Shown: one piece after another, positions 61,946 through 64,000 of the stretch
Numbering within the stretch: position 1 is the stretch's first letter
Layout of the letters: each line of letters starts with the position of its first letter
Assembly: GCF_018977255.1 (NCBI RefSeq)
Contig: NW_024704745.1
Coordinates: forward strand, 49,352,001 to 49,416,000
From: Callorhinchus milii
Lineage: Eukaryota
DNA: 64,000 nucleotides
Reading direction: 5' to 3'
Made by a program: the position numbers and the translations under genes
Notes under the pieces: model-generated
The model's input: the letters and a program-made list of their open reading frames with translations, nothing else
Database searches by the model: none
What the model was told of the DNA's origin: nothing

Positions 61946-64000
61946 CGACACAGACACTGATCACTGAGACACCGACACAGACACTGATCACTGAGACACC
62001 GACACCGACACAGACACTGATCACTGAGACACCGACACAGACACTGATCACTGAGACACCGACACAGACACTGATCACTGAGACACCGACACAGACACTG
62101 ATCACTGAGACACCGACACAGACACTGATCACTGAGACACCGACACAGACACTGATCACTGAGACACCGACACAGACACTGATCACTGAGACACCGACAC
62201 AGACACTGATCACAGAGACACCGACACAGACACTGATCACTGAGACACCGACACAGACACTGATCACTGAGACACCGACACAGACACTGATCACTGAGAC
62301 ACCGACACTGATCACTGAGACACCGACACAGACACTGATCACTGAGACACCGACACAGACACTGATCACTGAGACACCGACACCGATCACTGAGACACCG
62401 ACACAGACACTGATCACTGAGACACCGACACAGACACTGATCACTGAGACAGACACCGACACTGATCACTGAGACACCGACACAGACACTGATCACTGAG
62501 ACACCGACACAGACACTGATCACTGAGACACCGACACCGACACTGATCACTGAGACACCGACACAGACACTGATCACTGAGACACCGACACAGACACTGA
62601 TCACTGAGACACCGACACAGACACTGATCACTGAGACACCGACACAGACACTGATCACTGAGACACCGACACAGACACTGATCACAGAGACACCGACACA
62701 GACACTGATCACAGAGACACCGACACAGACACTGATCACTGAGACACCGACACAGACACTGATCACTGAGACACCGACACAGACACTGATCACTGAGACA
62801 CCGACACAGACACTGATCACTGAGACACCGACACTGATCACTGAGACACCGACACAGACACTGATCACTGAGACACCGACACAGACACTGATCACTGAGA
62901 CACCGACACAGACACTGATCACTGAGACACCGACACAGACACTGATCACTGAGACACCGACACAGACACTGATCACTGAGACACCGACACAGACACCGAA
63001 CACTGATCACTGAGACACCGACACAGACACTGATCACTGAGACACCGACACAGACACTGATCACTGAGACACAGACACTGATCACAGAGACACCGACACA
63101 GACACTGATCACTGAGACACCGACACAGACACTGATCACTGAGACACCGACACAGACACTGATCACTGAGACACCGACACAGACACTGATCACTGAGACA
63201 CCGACACAGACACTGATCACTGAGACACCGACACAGACACTGATCACTGAGACACCGACACAGACACTGATCACTGAGACACCGACACAGACACTGATCA
63301 CTGAGACACCGACACAGACACTGATCACTGAGACACCGACACAGACACTGATCACTGAGACACCGACACAGACACTGATCACTGAGACACCGACACAGAC
63401 ACTGATCACTGAGACACCGACACAGACACTGATCACTGAGACACCGACACAGACACTGATCACTGAGACACCGACACAGACACTGATCACTGAGACACCG
63501 ACACAGACACTGATCACAGAGACACCGACACAGACACTGATCACTGAGACACCGACACAGACACTGATCACTGAGACACCGACACAGACACTGATCACTG
63601 AGACACCGACACAGACACTGATCACTGAGACACCGACACAGACACTGATCACTGAGACACCGACACCGACACTGATCACTGAGACACCGACACAGACACT
63701 GATCACTGAGACACCGACACAGACACTGATCACTGAGACACCGACACAGACACTGATCACTGAGACACCGACACAGACACTGATCACTGAGACACCGACA
63801 CAGACACTGATCACTGAGACACCGACACAGACACTGATCACTGAGACACCGACACAGACACTGATCACTGAGACACCGACACAGACACTGATCACTGAGA
63901 CACCGACACAGACACTGATCACTGAGACACCGACACAGACACTGATCACTGAGACACCGACACAGACACTGATCACTGAGACACCGACACAGACACTGAT
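61945..64000. repeat. 27-bp minisatellite (CCGACACAGACACTGATCACTGAGACA)n, roughly 75 copies, continues past the window end
   Basis: Highly homogeneous units with occasional indels in multiples of 6 bp and a T>A variant. Confidence 0.98.

Noticed and set aside
61933-63976. Long ORFs (356-511 aa) of VISVCVGVS / CLSDQCLCR repeats
   Set aside because: Translation of a stop-free 27-bp minisatellite; no ATG start, splice support or domain.
61945-64000. CRISPR-like regular array
   Set aside because: Units are contiguous with no unique spacers, there are no cas genes, and the context is vertebrate.

Overview
This is a vertebrate genomic window, probably from a cartilaginous fish. That assignment is an inference from the Deu-domain/tRNA SINEs, abundant L2-clade LINE 3' ends and protein divergence; a holocephalan is plausible. 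Four spliced genes were reconstructed by hand with phase-consistent GT-AG junctions: the last four exons of CCDC191 (+, 1-1933), complete ZDHHC23 (-, 421 aa, CDS 15366-8209, probable exon 1 near 31.7 kb), complete KLHL15 (+, 604 aa, CDS 37978-46390) and a CXorf58 orthologue (-, about 354 aa, 8 coding exons, 60018-52102). ZDHHC23 and KLHL15 share a compact CpG-island bidirectional promoter. The most notable observations are: (1) a KLHL15 leader in which alternative 5' splice sites could switch between a uORF and an in-frame N-terminal extension; (2) an in-frame spliced ZDHHC23 uORF; (3) a non-autonomous Helitron-like element; (4) a GC-rich foldback-like insertion containing a minisatellite; (5) tandem RFX X-boxes at the CXorf58 promoter, flanked by a G-quadruplex-prone array and a >2 kb 27-bp minisatellite. 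No prokaryotic-type systems (CRISPR etc.) are seen. Gene names come from my recall of the human proteins, not from a database search.
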